Under the pieces are notes generated by a model. The model saw nothing but the letters and a program-made list of their open reading frames with translations. It did not search any database and was not told where the DNA came from. Positions 1-9,112 of a stretch of DNA of 64,000 nt are shown in pieces. The position numbers were made by a program, and so were the translations under genes. The stretch's first letter is position 1, and every line of letters starts with the position of its first letter. The stretch comes from Anaerolineae bacterium (GTDB lineage Bacteria > Chloroflexota > Anaerolineae > J102): assembly GCA_026991225.1 (NCBI GenBank), contig JALXCB010000054.1, forward strand, positions 4,277-68,276, in the 5' to 3' direction.

Positions 1-765
1 CAGGGCCATCGCTGTTCGCACCCATCCCCGCTTCATCCACTGAACACTGATTACTGAATACTGATTACTGAATACCGCCCCAAGCGCCCACAAACTCAAA
101 CTCACCCCTACCGGCAACAACAACCCCAGATAGCCTGCATACGGATTGGGCTGTCCGAAAGTCCCATAGGCCCGCAAAAATCGCCCCAGCAGATAGGCTT
201 CGGGGCCGATGCGGAACACGAACTGGCGGATGCCGATAAGGGCTTCCAGACTGCCCGCGGCCAGCAAGGTCAGCAGCAGGGGGAGGCGGTGTTTGGGCGT
301 GAGAAGCTGTGCGCCCAGCCAGTAGACCACCGCCACCTCGGCCCACTTCACCAGCTCGGGCAGGGCCGCGGTCAGGCTGCGGGCGGCCAGGGTGGAGTAG
401 AGCAGAATGGTCAGGAAGGGGAGGATGAGCCAGAGCAGGGGCGCGGGACGACGTCGCTGGAACCCGGCGGTGAAACGCAGGAACCAGGCGAAGAAAGCGG
501 CTCCCACCAGCAGGTCGGTGGGGCCGATGGATGCCGGGCCCAGGGGGACGCGGGTCACCGCGCTGAAAGGGATGACCAGAGCCAGGGCGTAGAGGCCCAG
601 CACGGGCCAGCGCAGCAACGCCAGCGCAAATCCCAACCCTGCCAGCAGAGCGACGCCCAGCTTCAGAGGCAGAAAAGCCAGCAGCGCGGCCAGCGCCAGC
701 ATGATAAGCGCATAGGCCGCGTATTCCCGCCAGGGCGCGGGGTGCGTGGAGGGTGAGGAGAGCAT
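1..765 (-). CDS. O-antigen ligase (Wzy_C/WaaL-like) family membrane protein, runs off the window edge
   Basis: Not in the ORF track because it has no stop in the window. Manual translation from ATG 765 is open to base 1, hydrophobic, and contains the RAYGTFGQPNPYAGYL motif; it lies downstream of a glycosyltransferase. Confidence 0.8.
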   Translation of the reverse strand, partial: MLSSPSTHPAPWREYAAYALIMLALAALLAFLPLKLGVALLAGLGFALALLRWPVLGLYALALVIPFSAVTRVPLGPASIGPTDLLVGAAFFAWFLRFTAGFQRRRPAPLLWLILPFLTILLYSTLAARSLTAALPELVKWAEVAVVYWLGAQLLTPKHRLPLLLTLLAAGSLEALIGIRQFVFRIGPEAYLLGRFLRAYGTFGQPNPYAGYLGLLLPVGVSLSLWALGAVFSNQYSVISVQWMKRGWVRTAMAL

Positions 766-816
766 GGGGCGGTCAGTCATCAGTCATCAGTGAACAGTAA
801 TCAGTCCAACGCAATG

Positions 817-1968
817 CTATTTTCGCCGCAGCATCAGCGCCTCCGTCTTTTCGGCCATGCGTTGGGCGGTGAACTCGCTCCGGGCGACTTCCTGGCCCGC
901 GCGGCCGATGCGTTCCCGCAACGCCGGGTCTTCCAGCAGCATCCGCACCCGCTGGGTCAGGGCCACCTGGTCGCCCACGGGCACGATGAATCCCGTCTCG
1001 CCATCCCGGATCATGTCTTCCGCGCCTGCGGCGTCGGTGCGCACGACGGGCACGCCCATCTGCATGGCCTCAATAGCCACCAGGCCCAGGCCTTCGTTGT
1101 CCGACGGAAAGACGAACGCGTCTATGGCCGCGAAGACCTCGGACACGTTCTCCACCCAGCCCAGGAATACCATGCGTCCGGTCTCTTCCAGGGGCTGGGC
1201 CAGCTCGTGCAGACGGCGCTCGTAGCTGGCGGGCGCGCCTTGGGGCCGATGCCCGGCGATGAGGAATCGGGCCTGGGGGAAGCTGTCCGCCAGGGTCAGG
1301 GCCGTGCGGATGAACATATCGTGGCGTTTGTTGGGGGCTAAAGAGCCCACCGCGCCTACGACCAGCGCGTCCTCAGGCCAGCCCAGGCGGGCTTTCAGGG
1401 CCTCGCCCGACGCGTGGGGATCGATGCGGTCTGCGGGCAGACCATCGTGGATGACCACGGCTTTGGGCGGGGAGCCCAGCCCTGCTTCCACGGCTTGCGA
1501 GATGCAGATCACCCATTCGGCGAAGGCGTAGGCCGCGCGCTCGTTCATGCCCATGCGTCGTTCCCGCCGCAGATGCCACCACATGGGGACGCCTGCCAGC
1601 TTCGCCGCGGGCCCGGCCAGCACCGCGGCTCGGGTGCTGTTGGCGTGGATGCCGATGGCGTTTCGCTCGCGGGCCAGGCGGGCCAGGTCGCGTATGTGAA
1701 AGGCAAGTGCGGGCGCGGCCAGGGCCTTTTGCACCTTGCCCATGCCGCCCTTTTTGCTCTCCATCCGCCGCCAAATGCCGGGCGCAGGCAGGATCACCGT
1801 CTCGATGCCCGCTTCCCGGGCCCGCTGGGGCAAAATCCCGTCGCCCGGAGCCACGAACACAGGATGGATGCGCTCCAGATGGGTCATCAACCATACCAAC
1901 ACCCGCGCCGCACCGTAGAAGCGGTAGTAGTTGGATTCGTAGAAGAGAACGGTAGGCTTTTCGGGCAT
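817..1968 (-). CDS. Glycosyltransferase family 4 (GT-B)
   Basis: DAFVFPSDNEGLGLVAIEAMQMGVPVV motif; start placed at MPEKP. Confidence 0.92.
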   Translation of the reverse strand: MPEKPTVLFYESNYYRFYGAARVLVWLMTHLERIHPVFVAPGDGILPQRAREAGIETVILPAPGIWRRMESKKGGMGKVQKALAAPALAFHIRDLARLARERNAIGIHANSTRAAVLAGPAAKLAGVPMWWHLRRERRMGMNERAAYAFAEWVICISQAVEAGLGSPPKAVVIHDGLPADRIDPHASGEALKARLGWPEDALVVGAVGSLAPNKRHDMFIRTALTLADSFPQARFLIAGHRPQGAPASYERRLHELAQPLEETGRMVFLGWVENVSEVFAAIDAFVFPSDNEGLGLVAIEAMQMGVPVVRTDAAGAEDMIRDGETGFIVPVGDQVALTQRVRMLLEDPALRERIGRAGQEVARSEFTAQRMAEKTEALMLRRK

Positions 1969-2069
1969 GGGGGAGGGAATGGCCAATGGCTAATTGTCAG
2001 TGGTCAATTGCTAATTGCCAATGACGTGGATAAAGGAGTGTGGATCGGGGAACAGGAGAGGTTTTGGAT

Positions 2070-2283
2070 GGGTGCGTTTCAATTTGGGGGCAAAAAATCA
2101 TCGTCGATTCGTCGCCAAGCACTGGCCGAGTAAACTCGGGCTTTTTGGGCGCTTCGCGCCAGTGGTCGACCTTCGTCGACCTGTTGCATACGGTGAAAAT
2201 GGACGGCGGAGGCCGTCCACTGGCCGCAGGCCTGAAGCGCCCGACTTGAGTCGGCTAGTGCGCCCCATTTTTGAAACGCACCC
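2070..2283. mobile_element. 214-bp MITE with multi-hairpin cargo
   Basis: 13-bp TIR GGGTGCGTTTCAA / TTGAAACGCACCC, flanked by a perfect 9-bp direct repeat GTTTTGGAT (2061-2069, 2284-2292). Confidence 0.85.
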
Positions 2284-2347
2284 GTTTTGGATGGAGCGTT
2301 TGGCAAGAGGACGGCGATAGGGTAAAATAGGCGTATGGAGGATGCTG

Positions 2348-2593
2348 ATGACAATCGTCGTAAAAAGTGCAAAAGAGAATGAAATCTCTTTGCCCCAATG
2401 GTTGATGGAACGCCTGGATTTGAAAGAAGGCGAGGCTGTCAAGACCGTTATCGAAGGTGATTCTTTGCGTCTGACGCCTGTGGATCGTTTTTTGGCCTTG
2501 CGAGGCGCTTTACGGGACGATGAAGGCTTTGACGCTGCATTAGAAGAACTTGATCAAGTCTGGCGAGCATGGCAGCTTCCCGATATTGCTTAG
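2348..2593 (+). CDS. AbrB/MazE-type antitoxin
   Basis: Small protein with EISLPQWLMERLDLKEGEAV swapped-hairpin pattern, GGAGG RBS, overlaps the PIN gene. Confidence 0.8.
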   Translation: MTIVVKSAKENEISLPQWLMERLDLKEGEAVKTVIEGDSLRLTPVDRFLALRGALRDDEGFDAALEELDQVWRAWQLPDIA

Positions 2594-2979
2594 ACACCGG
2601 CGTTTTGATCGATTTTCTCAAAGGGAGAGAGCCGGGAGCTTCTGCCGTTGAGAAGATCGTCAAGGAAAGCGCTTGTTTTGTCGCTTCTGTGACGGTATAT
2701 GAATTATTGTTTGGGGTGGCCCGGGCGCAACGAGAAATCGGGGAAAGCGCCCTGTTGGGAGTGATGACCATTTTGCCATTGGATGGTCGAACTGCTGCGC
2801 GGGCTGCATCACTCCATGTCGAATTGATTCGTCGCAATCAGGACATTGGCGTGAAAGACGTGTTCATTGCGGCCAGTTGTTTGGAGCATGATTTGCCTCT
2901 GGTTACCAAGAATATCAAGCATTTTCGACGGATTCCGGGGCTGAAGGCGCTGACGCCGGAAATGGCGCTTTCTTCCTAA
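2569..2979 (+). CDS. vapC: PIN-domain (VapC) toxin
   Basis: LDTGVLID...YEL...DVFIAAS...LVTKNIKHF PIN motifs. Confidence 0.9.
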   Translation: MAASRYCLDTGVLIDFLKGREPGASAVEKIVKESACFVASVTVYELLFGVARAQREIGESALLGVMTILPLDGRTAARAASLHVELIRRNQDIGVKDVFIAASCLEHDLPLVTKNIKHFRRIPGLKALTPEMALSS

Positions 2980-3085
2980 CCCGAAAAGAGTTGCGCAGAG
3001 GGAAACTGATCAATGAATCTCTGTAAGCTTTGTGAAGCTCCAAATCAGCTCTGTGGGCTCTGTGTAACACTGATAAGGTGTTAAT

Positions 3086-4465
3086 TCAGGGTAGGACTTT
3101 GCCGGGGTTGAGGATGCCGCGGGGGTCCAGGGTCTGTTTGAGTTGGCGCATGACTTCGATGGCGGGACCGTGTTCTTTGGTCATGAATTTGCGTTTGCCC
3201 AGGCCCACGCCGTGCTCGCCCGTGCAGGTGCCCTCCAGCTCCAATGCCAGACTCACGAACGCGTCGTTGAAGGCTAACGCCCGGTCGCGGGCCGCCGTGT
3301 CGTCGGGCGGGTAGAAGACGATGGTGTGGATGTTGCCGTCCCCCGCGTGGCCCAGCAGGCTGCCTACGACGCCCATCACCTCCATCAGCGCGGCGGTGCG
3401 GGCGATGAGTTCGGGGTAATGGGAGATGGGCACGGCCGCATCGCCCACCAGGAATTTCTGGCCCGCGAAGTAGCGCACGTGGGCTTCGAAGAGATGGTGC
3501 CGCGCGTGCCAGATGCGGGCCCGTTCCTGACGACTGACGCCGGTCTCGAACCCTTCCGCGCCATGCTCCTGGCAGATGTCTCGCACCAGTTCCAGGCTGT
3601 CGCGCAGCGCGGCCTTGTGACCGGACGCGAATTCCATGAACAGAGCGGGCTGTTCGGGGAAGTGGGGGATGTCGGGGTCGGTGTTGAGGATGCGCATGGC
3701 CGTAGCGTCCAGCAGCTCCAACGCGGTGGGTTCCAGGCCCGAGCCGATGATGTCGAACACGGCCGCGGCCGCGTCGGCCACCGTGGGGAAGCGGGCCACG
3801 GCCGCGCTGATGTGGGCGGGGATGGGCGCGAGTTTGAGGGTGGCTTCGGTGACCACGCCCAGGGTGCCCTCGGAGCCGACGAAGAGATGGGTGAGATCAT
3901 AGCCCGCGCTTTGCTTCACCGAACGGGAGCCGGTGCGGATGACCCGGCCATCGGCCAGGACGACCTCCAGGGCCAGGACGTTGTCCCGGGTGGCGCCGTA
4001 TTTCACGGTGCGGATGCCCGCGGCGTTGTTCGCGATCATACCACCGATGCTGGCATTGGCGCCGGGGTCGGGCGCGAAGAAGAGGCCGTAGCGGGCCAGG
4101 ATTTTGTTCATGTCCTTGTAGAGCACGCCCGGCTGCACCGTCACCTGGAAATCCCGCTCGTGGATGGCGAGGATTTGGTCCATGCGGCTGAAGTCCATGA
4201 CCAGCCCGCCCTGGACGGGGATGGGGTTGCCCTCGATGCTGGTACCCGCGCCCCAAGGCGTGACGGGCACGCGTGCGTCGTGGGCCAGGCGCAGGGTCTG
4301 GCTCACCTCCTCGGTGGTCAGGGGCCAGACCACCACGTCGGGCGGATGGGGGTCGTGGGCGGACTGATCACGGGCGTGCTGTTCCCGCACGGCCTGGCTG
4401 AGGCCGATGCGGTCGGGGGGGTAAAGGGTTTGCAGATGGGTGAGGAAGTCGGTTGGCAGGGACAT
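3086..4465 (-). CDS. FAD-linked oxidase/dehydrogenase (GlcD/D-lactate dehydrogenase-like)
   Basis: GSEGTLGVVTE, GHAGDGNIH, TGEHGVG and DPRGILNPGK motifs. Confidence 0.92.
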   Translation of the reverse strand: MSLPTDFLTHLQTLYPPDRIGLSQAVREQHARDQSAHDPHPPDVVVWPLTTEEVSQTLRLAHDARVPVTPWGAGTSIEGNPIPVQGGLVMDFSRMDQILAIHERDFQVTVQPGVLYKDMNKILARYGLFFAPDPGANASIGGMIANNAAGIRTVKYGATRDNVLALEVVLADGRVIRTGSRSVKQSAGYDLTHLFVGSEGTLGVVTEATLKLAPIPAHISAAVARFPTVADAAAAVFDIIGSGLEPTALELLDATAMRILNTDPDIPHFPEQPALFMEFASGHKAALRDSLELVRDICQEHGAEGFETGVSRQERARIWHARHHLFEAHVRYFAGQKFLVGDAAVPISHYPELIARTAALMEVMGVVGSLLGHAGDGNIHTIVFYPPDDTAARDRALAFNDAFVSLALELEGTCTGEHGVGLGKRKFMTKEHGPAIEVMRQLKQTLDPRGILNPGKVLP

Positions 4466-4540
4466 GGGGCTGCAAGCAAGAAGTATTCGGTGTTCAGTAA
4501 TCAGTAATCAGAGCCGTTCGGCATTGGGCTTTGTTGCCAC

Positions 4541-4745
4541 AGCAGGCGACACGAGTAGCGGCTCGCCGATACCGATGAAAAGGCCTCGCGGACAAGTTGA
4601 CGCGGGGAGCCAAGTACGTAATGCGTCATGCGTGATGCGTAACGACCTCACGGATTACGCATGACGCATCACGCCGTTGTCGCCTCGCCCAACCTTGGCT
4701 TTGCGAACCTTCAGCAACCAGCGATTATTCTATTTTCATAGCAAG
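4541..4745 (-). repeat. Scaffold repeat element with ACGCATY heptamer cargo
   Basis: Homologous along its length to 42591-42797, 53487-53672, 44572-44775 and 60710-60893; supplies the TGA stop of the SDR gene. Confidence 0.85.
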
Positions 4746-5530
4746 CTCTGACTCAGACCGCCGTCGATCTGGAGGGCGATGCCGTTGAGATAGCTGGCCC
4801 GGCCCGAGGCCAGGAACGCGACCACGGCCGCGAATTCGTCGGGGCGGCCCATGCGGCGGGCGGGGATGGCCGCGGTGATGCCCGCTTCCACCTGTTCGGG
4901 CGTGGTCCCGCGCGTCTCGGCCAGCCTTTCCAACAGCTCGCTCACCCGGGCGGTGCGGGTCCAGCCGGGCAGCACTGCGTTGAAGGTGACGCCCGTGTGG
5001 CCCAGTTCGTTGGCCAGGGTTTTGATGTAGCCGATGACGCCCGCCCGTGTGGCGTTGGAGAGGACGAGGTTGTTCAGGGGCTGTTTCGCTGAGATGGAGG
5101 TGATGGCGATGACCCGGCCCTGATCCGACTGCTTGAGGAAGGGCAGGGCTTCGGACACCATGCGTACGGTAGAGAGCAGGTTGAGTTCGATGGCGGCCTG
5201 CCAGGCCGCGTCGTCGAAGGATTCGACCGGGCCCGAGGGCGGGCCGCCTGCGTTGGTGACCAGAATATCCAGCCGCCCGCCGTAGTGCATGACCGCGGTC
5301 TGGATGAAGTGACGACAGCCTTCCAGGGTGGTGAGGTCGGCGACGATGGGCAGCACGTCGCCGCCGGTGGCTTTGCGCAGCTCGTCGGCCGCAGCCTCGA
5401 TGCGGGCCTGATCCCGGCTGCAGATGGCGACATGCGCGCCTTCTTTCAACAGCTCCAGGGCGACGGCCTTGCCCAGGCCCTTGCTGGCCGCGGCCACCGC
5501 GGCGATGCGTCCTTGCAATTGTAAATCCAT
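4736..5530 (-). CDS. Short-chain dehydrogenase/reductase
   Basis: AAASKGLG, LVTNAGGPP, SNATR and IDGG SDR motifs. Confidence 0.92.
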   Translation of the reverse strand: MDLQLQGRIAAVAAASKGLGKAVALELLKEGAHVAICSRDQARIEAAADELRKATGGDVLPIVADLTTLEGCRHFIQTAVMHYGGRLDILVTNAGGPPSGPVESFDDAAWQAAIELNLLSTVRMVSEALPFLKQSDQGRVIAITSISAKQPLNNLVLSNATRAGVIGYIKTLANELGHTGVTFNAVLPGWTRTARVSELLERLAETRGTTPEQVEAGITAAIPARRMGRPDEFAAVVAFLASGRASYLNGIALQIDGGLSQSLL

Positions 5531-5621
5531 AGGTCCTCCTGAATCCAGAGCGTCATTGTCATCGTGGGTGTCATTCTATCCCAAAACCAGTGGGGATCAA
5601 ACTTGCAAGGCCTTGCCGACC

Positions 5622-6209
5622 TTAATTCCACATGTCATTTTCTGGGAGCGGCGTTAACGGCAGGCTGGGAAGGCCGCGTGTCAGGCTTTCCAACAGTTGG
5701 TGCACGCGTTGTCGCGTTTCCAGCGTCAGTTCATTTCGCCAACAAAAGACGTCGGAAAATTGTTGATCATCCCATGTATATACGTGAAAGTTGGCGGGGT
5801 CACAATTGGCCATTTTCTCCTCGCGCCATCCCGCCTGGGTGATTCGCCCGAATGTGCTCTCCACCCGGGCGATTTCTTCTTCTGAGAGGAAGCGTGTGGG
5901 ATACTTGAGTTGCAGGGTTCTGGTTATTTGGGTGCAGTAAATCCTCTCGCTATCACAAATTTCCTTCTCCCATTCCAGGAAGTAGGCTATCGAAAACTTC
6001 ATTTGATTATCTGGCGTGCGATGAATGTGTGCGTTTTCGATTCCTGGTTTCGGCACGTAGCCAAACAGTGATGTGTACCCCGTCTCCAAGGTGAAATCAT
6101 GGAACTCACTGAAATCGAAGGTTTCTTCCGGGTAAGGAATCACGGTGTTCCCGTTCGCACATGATGCTATCAGCAGCGAGAAAACAAGTGCAAAAAGCCA
6201 TCGTTTCAT
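5622..6209 (-). CDS. Hypothetical lipoprotein, lower GC than its flanks
   Basis: MKRWLFALVFSLLIASC lipobox-like signal; no recognised domain. Confidence 0.65.
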   Translation of the reverse strand: MKRWLFALVFSLLIASCANGNTVIPYPEETFDFSEFHDFTLETGYTSLFGYVPKPGIENAHIHRTPDNQMKFSIAYFLEWEKEICDSERIYCTQITRTLQLKYPTRFLSEEEIARVESTFGRITQAGWREEKMANCDPANFHVYTWDDQQFSDVFCWRNELTLETRQRVHQLLESLTRGLPSLPLTPLPENDMWN

Positions 6210-6316
6210 GAATCTGTCATTGGAGCGTTTGAGTCATACCTTTTTCAAATACTTTGCTGGTATGATTATAGTACGAATGTTGTTCTATGAAAATATGGCT
6301 CTCAAGGAGGTCCATC

Positions 6317-7450
6317 ATGCCCGAGAAAGTCATCACTCTCGCTGAATATCTGGACAGCATGACCGTGCCCGGCGAATTATACGAGAAATTGGAAGACAAC
6401 GCCGTGCGTTGCTACGCCTGTGGCATGCGCTGCAAGATCAAGGATGGTCGCCGCGGCGTGTGTAAAGTGCGCTTCAACAAGGGCGGCGTGCTCTATGTGC
6501 CCTTCGGCTACGCCGCGGGCATCCAGGCCGATCCCATCGAGAAAAAGCCCTTCTTCCATGTGCTGCCGGGCGCAGACGCACTCACCTTTGGCATGTTGGG
6601 CTGCGACATGCACTGCGATTACTGCCAGAACTGGCTCACCTCCCAGGCCCTGCGCGATCCCGCCGCGGGCACGCTGCCCACGCCCATCACAGCGGAAGAG
6701 ATGGTGCGCCTGGCTCTGAAATCGGGCGCGAAGGCCGTGGTCAGCTCCTACAACGAGCCCCTCATCACCAGCGAATGGGCCGTGGCCGTGTTCAAGGAGG
6801 CCCGCAAGCACGATCTCATCTGCGGCTATGTCTCCAACGGCAACGCCACGCCCGAAGTTCTGGACTATCTCCGGCCCTGGGCGCAGATATACAAGATCGA
6901 CCTCAAGACCATGGATGATAAGAAATACCGCCAGCTCGGCGCGCCCCTGAAAAACATCCTGGACGGCATCAAGATGGTGTATGAGCGCGGTTTCTGGCTG
7001 GAGATCGTCACCCTGCTTGTGCCCAACTTCAACGACTCCGAGGCGGAGATCCGCGAAGCGGCCGAGTTCATCGCCTCTATCTCGCCCGATATCCCCTGGC
7101 ACATCACCGCCTTCCATCCCGACTACAAGATGACCGACCGCGGTCCCACCCGGGCCCGCAAGCTGCTGCGCGCGGCCGAGATCGGCAAAGAGGCTGGGTT
7201 GCACTTCGTTTATCTGGGCAACCTGCCCGGCCAGGTGGCCGAGTTCGAGAACACCTACTGCCCGCATTGCGGCGAACTGCTGGTCGAACGCCGCGGGTAT
7301 CTCATCACCGACTACCGCATCACCGACGAGGGTGCGTGCCCCAAGTGCGGCGCTGAGATTCCGGGCGTGTGGCACAAGCACGCGTCGGACGCGCCCGTGG
7401 CCGGGCGTCATACGCCCAGGCACGCCCGGCGGCCGCGTGTGGTCAGATAG
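6317..7450 (+). CDS. amrS: AmmeMemoRadiSam-system radical SAM enzyme
   Basis: CDMHCDYCQNW, DPIEKKPFFH, YNEP and C-terminal CPHC/CPKC motifs; AGGAGG RBS. Confidence 0.9.
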   Translation: MPEKVITLAEYLDSMTVPGELYEKLEDNAVRCYACGMRCKIKDGRRGVCKVRFNKGGVLYVPFGYAAGIQADPIEKKPFFHVLPGADALTFGMLGCDMHCDYCQNWLTSQALRDPAAGTLPTPITAEEMVRLALKSGAKAVVSSYNEPLITSEWAVAVFKEARKHDLICGYVSNGNATPEVLDYLRPWAQIYKIDLKTMDDKKYRQLGAPLKNILDGIKMVYERGFWLEIVTLLVPNFNDSEAEIREAAEFIASISPDIPWHITAFHPDYKMTDRGPTRARKLLRAAEIGKEAGLHFVYLGNLPGQVAEFENTYCPHCGELLVERRGYLITDYRITDEGACPKCGAEIPGVWHKHASDAPVAGRHTPRHARRPRVVR

Positions 7451-7606
7451 GATCGAGGGTTGGGATCAGGATTGGAAACCGCGCGTTGCCTGAATCCTGA
7501 TCCTAATCCTAATCCTGAGTCTTCCCCGCAATCGGGCGCAGCGCCTCGAACGCCTTCTCCCACACCCGTCAGGTCATGCTCCGACCATCGAAAATGGCGT
7601 CGTTCA

Positions 7607-8908
7607 TCATGTGGGGTTATCTTCTTGTTGCGAGGCGATGCTGACGCGTTGTCGCCAGCGATGAACGCGCTGAGACCAGGTCGGGCCGCGGGTGCGCATC
7701 AATTGGGCTTGTTCTTCGGTGAAGGGAATGGGGAAAGGATTCTGGTCGAGGATTTTGGCGTGGGCGTATTGAAAAAGGATTTTGAGGGTGGCCAGCGTGG
7801 GCGCGGCCAGGAAGATACCCAAAACGCCCGCGAAGCTGGCTCCAATGACCACCCCCACCAGCACAATCAAGGGATGAAGCTCCAGGGCGCTGCCCATGAT
7901 GCGAGGCACGATCAACGCGTTCTCCAATTGCTGAATGAGCACGTACGCGCCCAGCGTGATCAAAGCGAAGGTGACATTATTGACGGGCAGGATGGAGGAG
8001 CCCTGAGCCAGGGCCAGGATGACCGCGGGCACAGCCGCGATGATAGGCCCGATGGTGGGCACCGCCTCCATGACGCCGGCGATAATGGCCAGAGCCAGGG
8101 CGCTGGGCAGGCCAATGGCCAGGCCCACGATCAGCGTCATCGCGCCGATGACCAGCGAGAGCATCAATTGGCCCCGGAAGAAGGAGTGCCAGACCCGATT
8201 GATCCGGTGACCAAGCTCCGTCATCTCGGGCAGATAATCCGGTTTGACCAGGGACTTGGCCCAGGGCTTCAGCTTGTAGCCATCGACTGTGATATAGAAG
8301 GTGTAGAAAAAGAGCAGGAAAATGGAAAAGGCGAAGGACACCGTGCGCGCCACCAACGAAGTGAGAAAACCGGAAAGACTGCCAATGAGGCCCGAGGTGG
8401 CGGATATCACCTGCTTCAGATAATTCAAGACTTCATCCATGGTTGGCACATAGACCCCGCCTTCCCCGCCCTGGGCAAGAATGAGCCGGGCGATATCCTG
8501 GATGACGCGACTCAAATCCACATGAAATCCCCACAGATTAAAACCCCGTGATTCGGCCATCCAGGTGTTCAATGAATCGAGACCGCGCAGACTGGCGGCC
8601 ACCAAATCCACGGAAAGTTGCAGGAACTGGTTGAGTAGGAGGGGGAAGAGAATGGCCGGGATCACAAAGAGGATGCCCACGGCGACAAATAGGGCGATGA
8701 TCGCGGCCAAGGCCCGGGGCATGCCATGGTCATCCAACCAGTTGACCAGGGGCTGAAGCAGATAGGCCAGCAACGCCGCGACCACCAGCCAGGCCAGGGC
8801 CGAACGAGCGTAATAAATCAGCCCCAATCCCACGGCGACGATGGCCAGAATGGCCCAACGTTTGGTGTCGACAGACCAGCGGGGGGGAGTAGATGGCGAC
8901 GCGTTCAT
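7607..8908 (-). CDS. AI-2E family transporter
   Basis: FFRGQL...VPTIGP...IQQLENALIVPRIMG...LHP pattern. Confidence 0.92.
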   Translation of the reverse strand: MNASPSTPPRWSVDTKRWAILAIVAVGLGLIYYARSALAWLVVAALLAYLLQPLVNWLDDHGMPRALAAIIALFVAVGILFVIPAILFPLLLNQFLQLSVDLVAASLRGLDSLNTWMAESRGFNLWGFHVDLSRVIQDIARLILAQGGEGGVYVPTMDEVLNYLKQVISATSGLIGSLSGFLTSLVARTVSFAFSIFLLFFYTFYITVDGYKLKPWAKSLVKPDYLPEMTELGHRINRVWHSFFRGQLMLSLVIGAMTLIVGLAIGLPSALALAIIAGVMEAVPTIGPIIAAVPAVILALAQGSSILPVNNVTFALITLGAYVLIQQLENALIVPRIMGSALELHPLIVLVGVVIGASFAGVLGIFLAAPTLATLKILFQYAHAKILDQNPFPIPFTEEQAQLMRTRGPTWSQRVHRWRQRVSIASQQEDNPT

Positions 8909-8997
8909 GGCGGAGGGACGTTCACGGATAAAAGTGCAACGGTGGGGCGTCCGCGGTGGGGGAGTGAAGAAGATGGAGCCGAATACTCTGTGGACTC

Positions 8998-9112
8998 GTA
9001 GACCAGGAAAACCAGGTGAAAAGCGATTTCCTCCCGGTTTCCTGGTCTACCGGGTTTCTGGTCTACCGGGTTTCTGGTTTCCCTGGTTGCCAACGCGATT
9101 TCCCAACGCCGG
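8998..9112 (-). repeat. Inverted octamer arrays (CTGGTYTM type) in a scaffold element overlapping the nadE 3' end
   Basis: TAGACCAG/AAACCAGG units facing CTGGTCTA/CTGGTTTC units; related arrays at about 18520-18600, 26140-26222 and 58695-58765. Confidence 0.75.

Noticed and set aside
65..756. Track ORFs 65..346(-), 289..756(+) and 407..592(+)
   Set aside because: Alternate-frame shadows of the real minus-strand O-antigen ligase CDS starting at 765.
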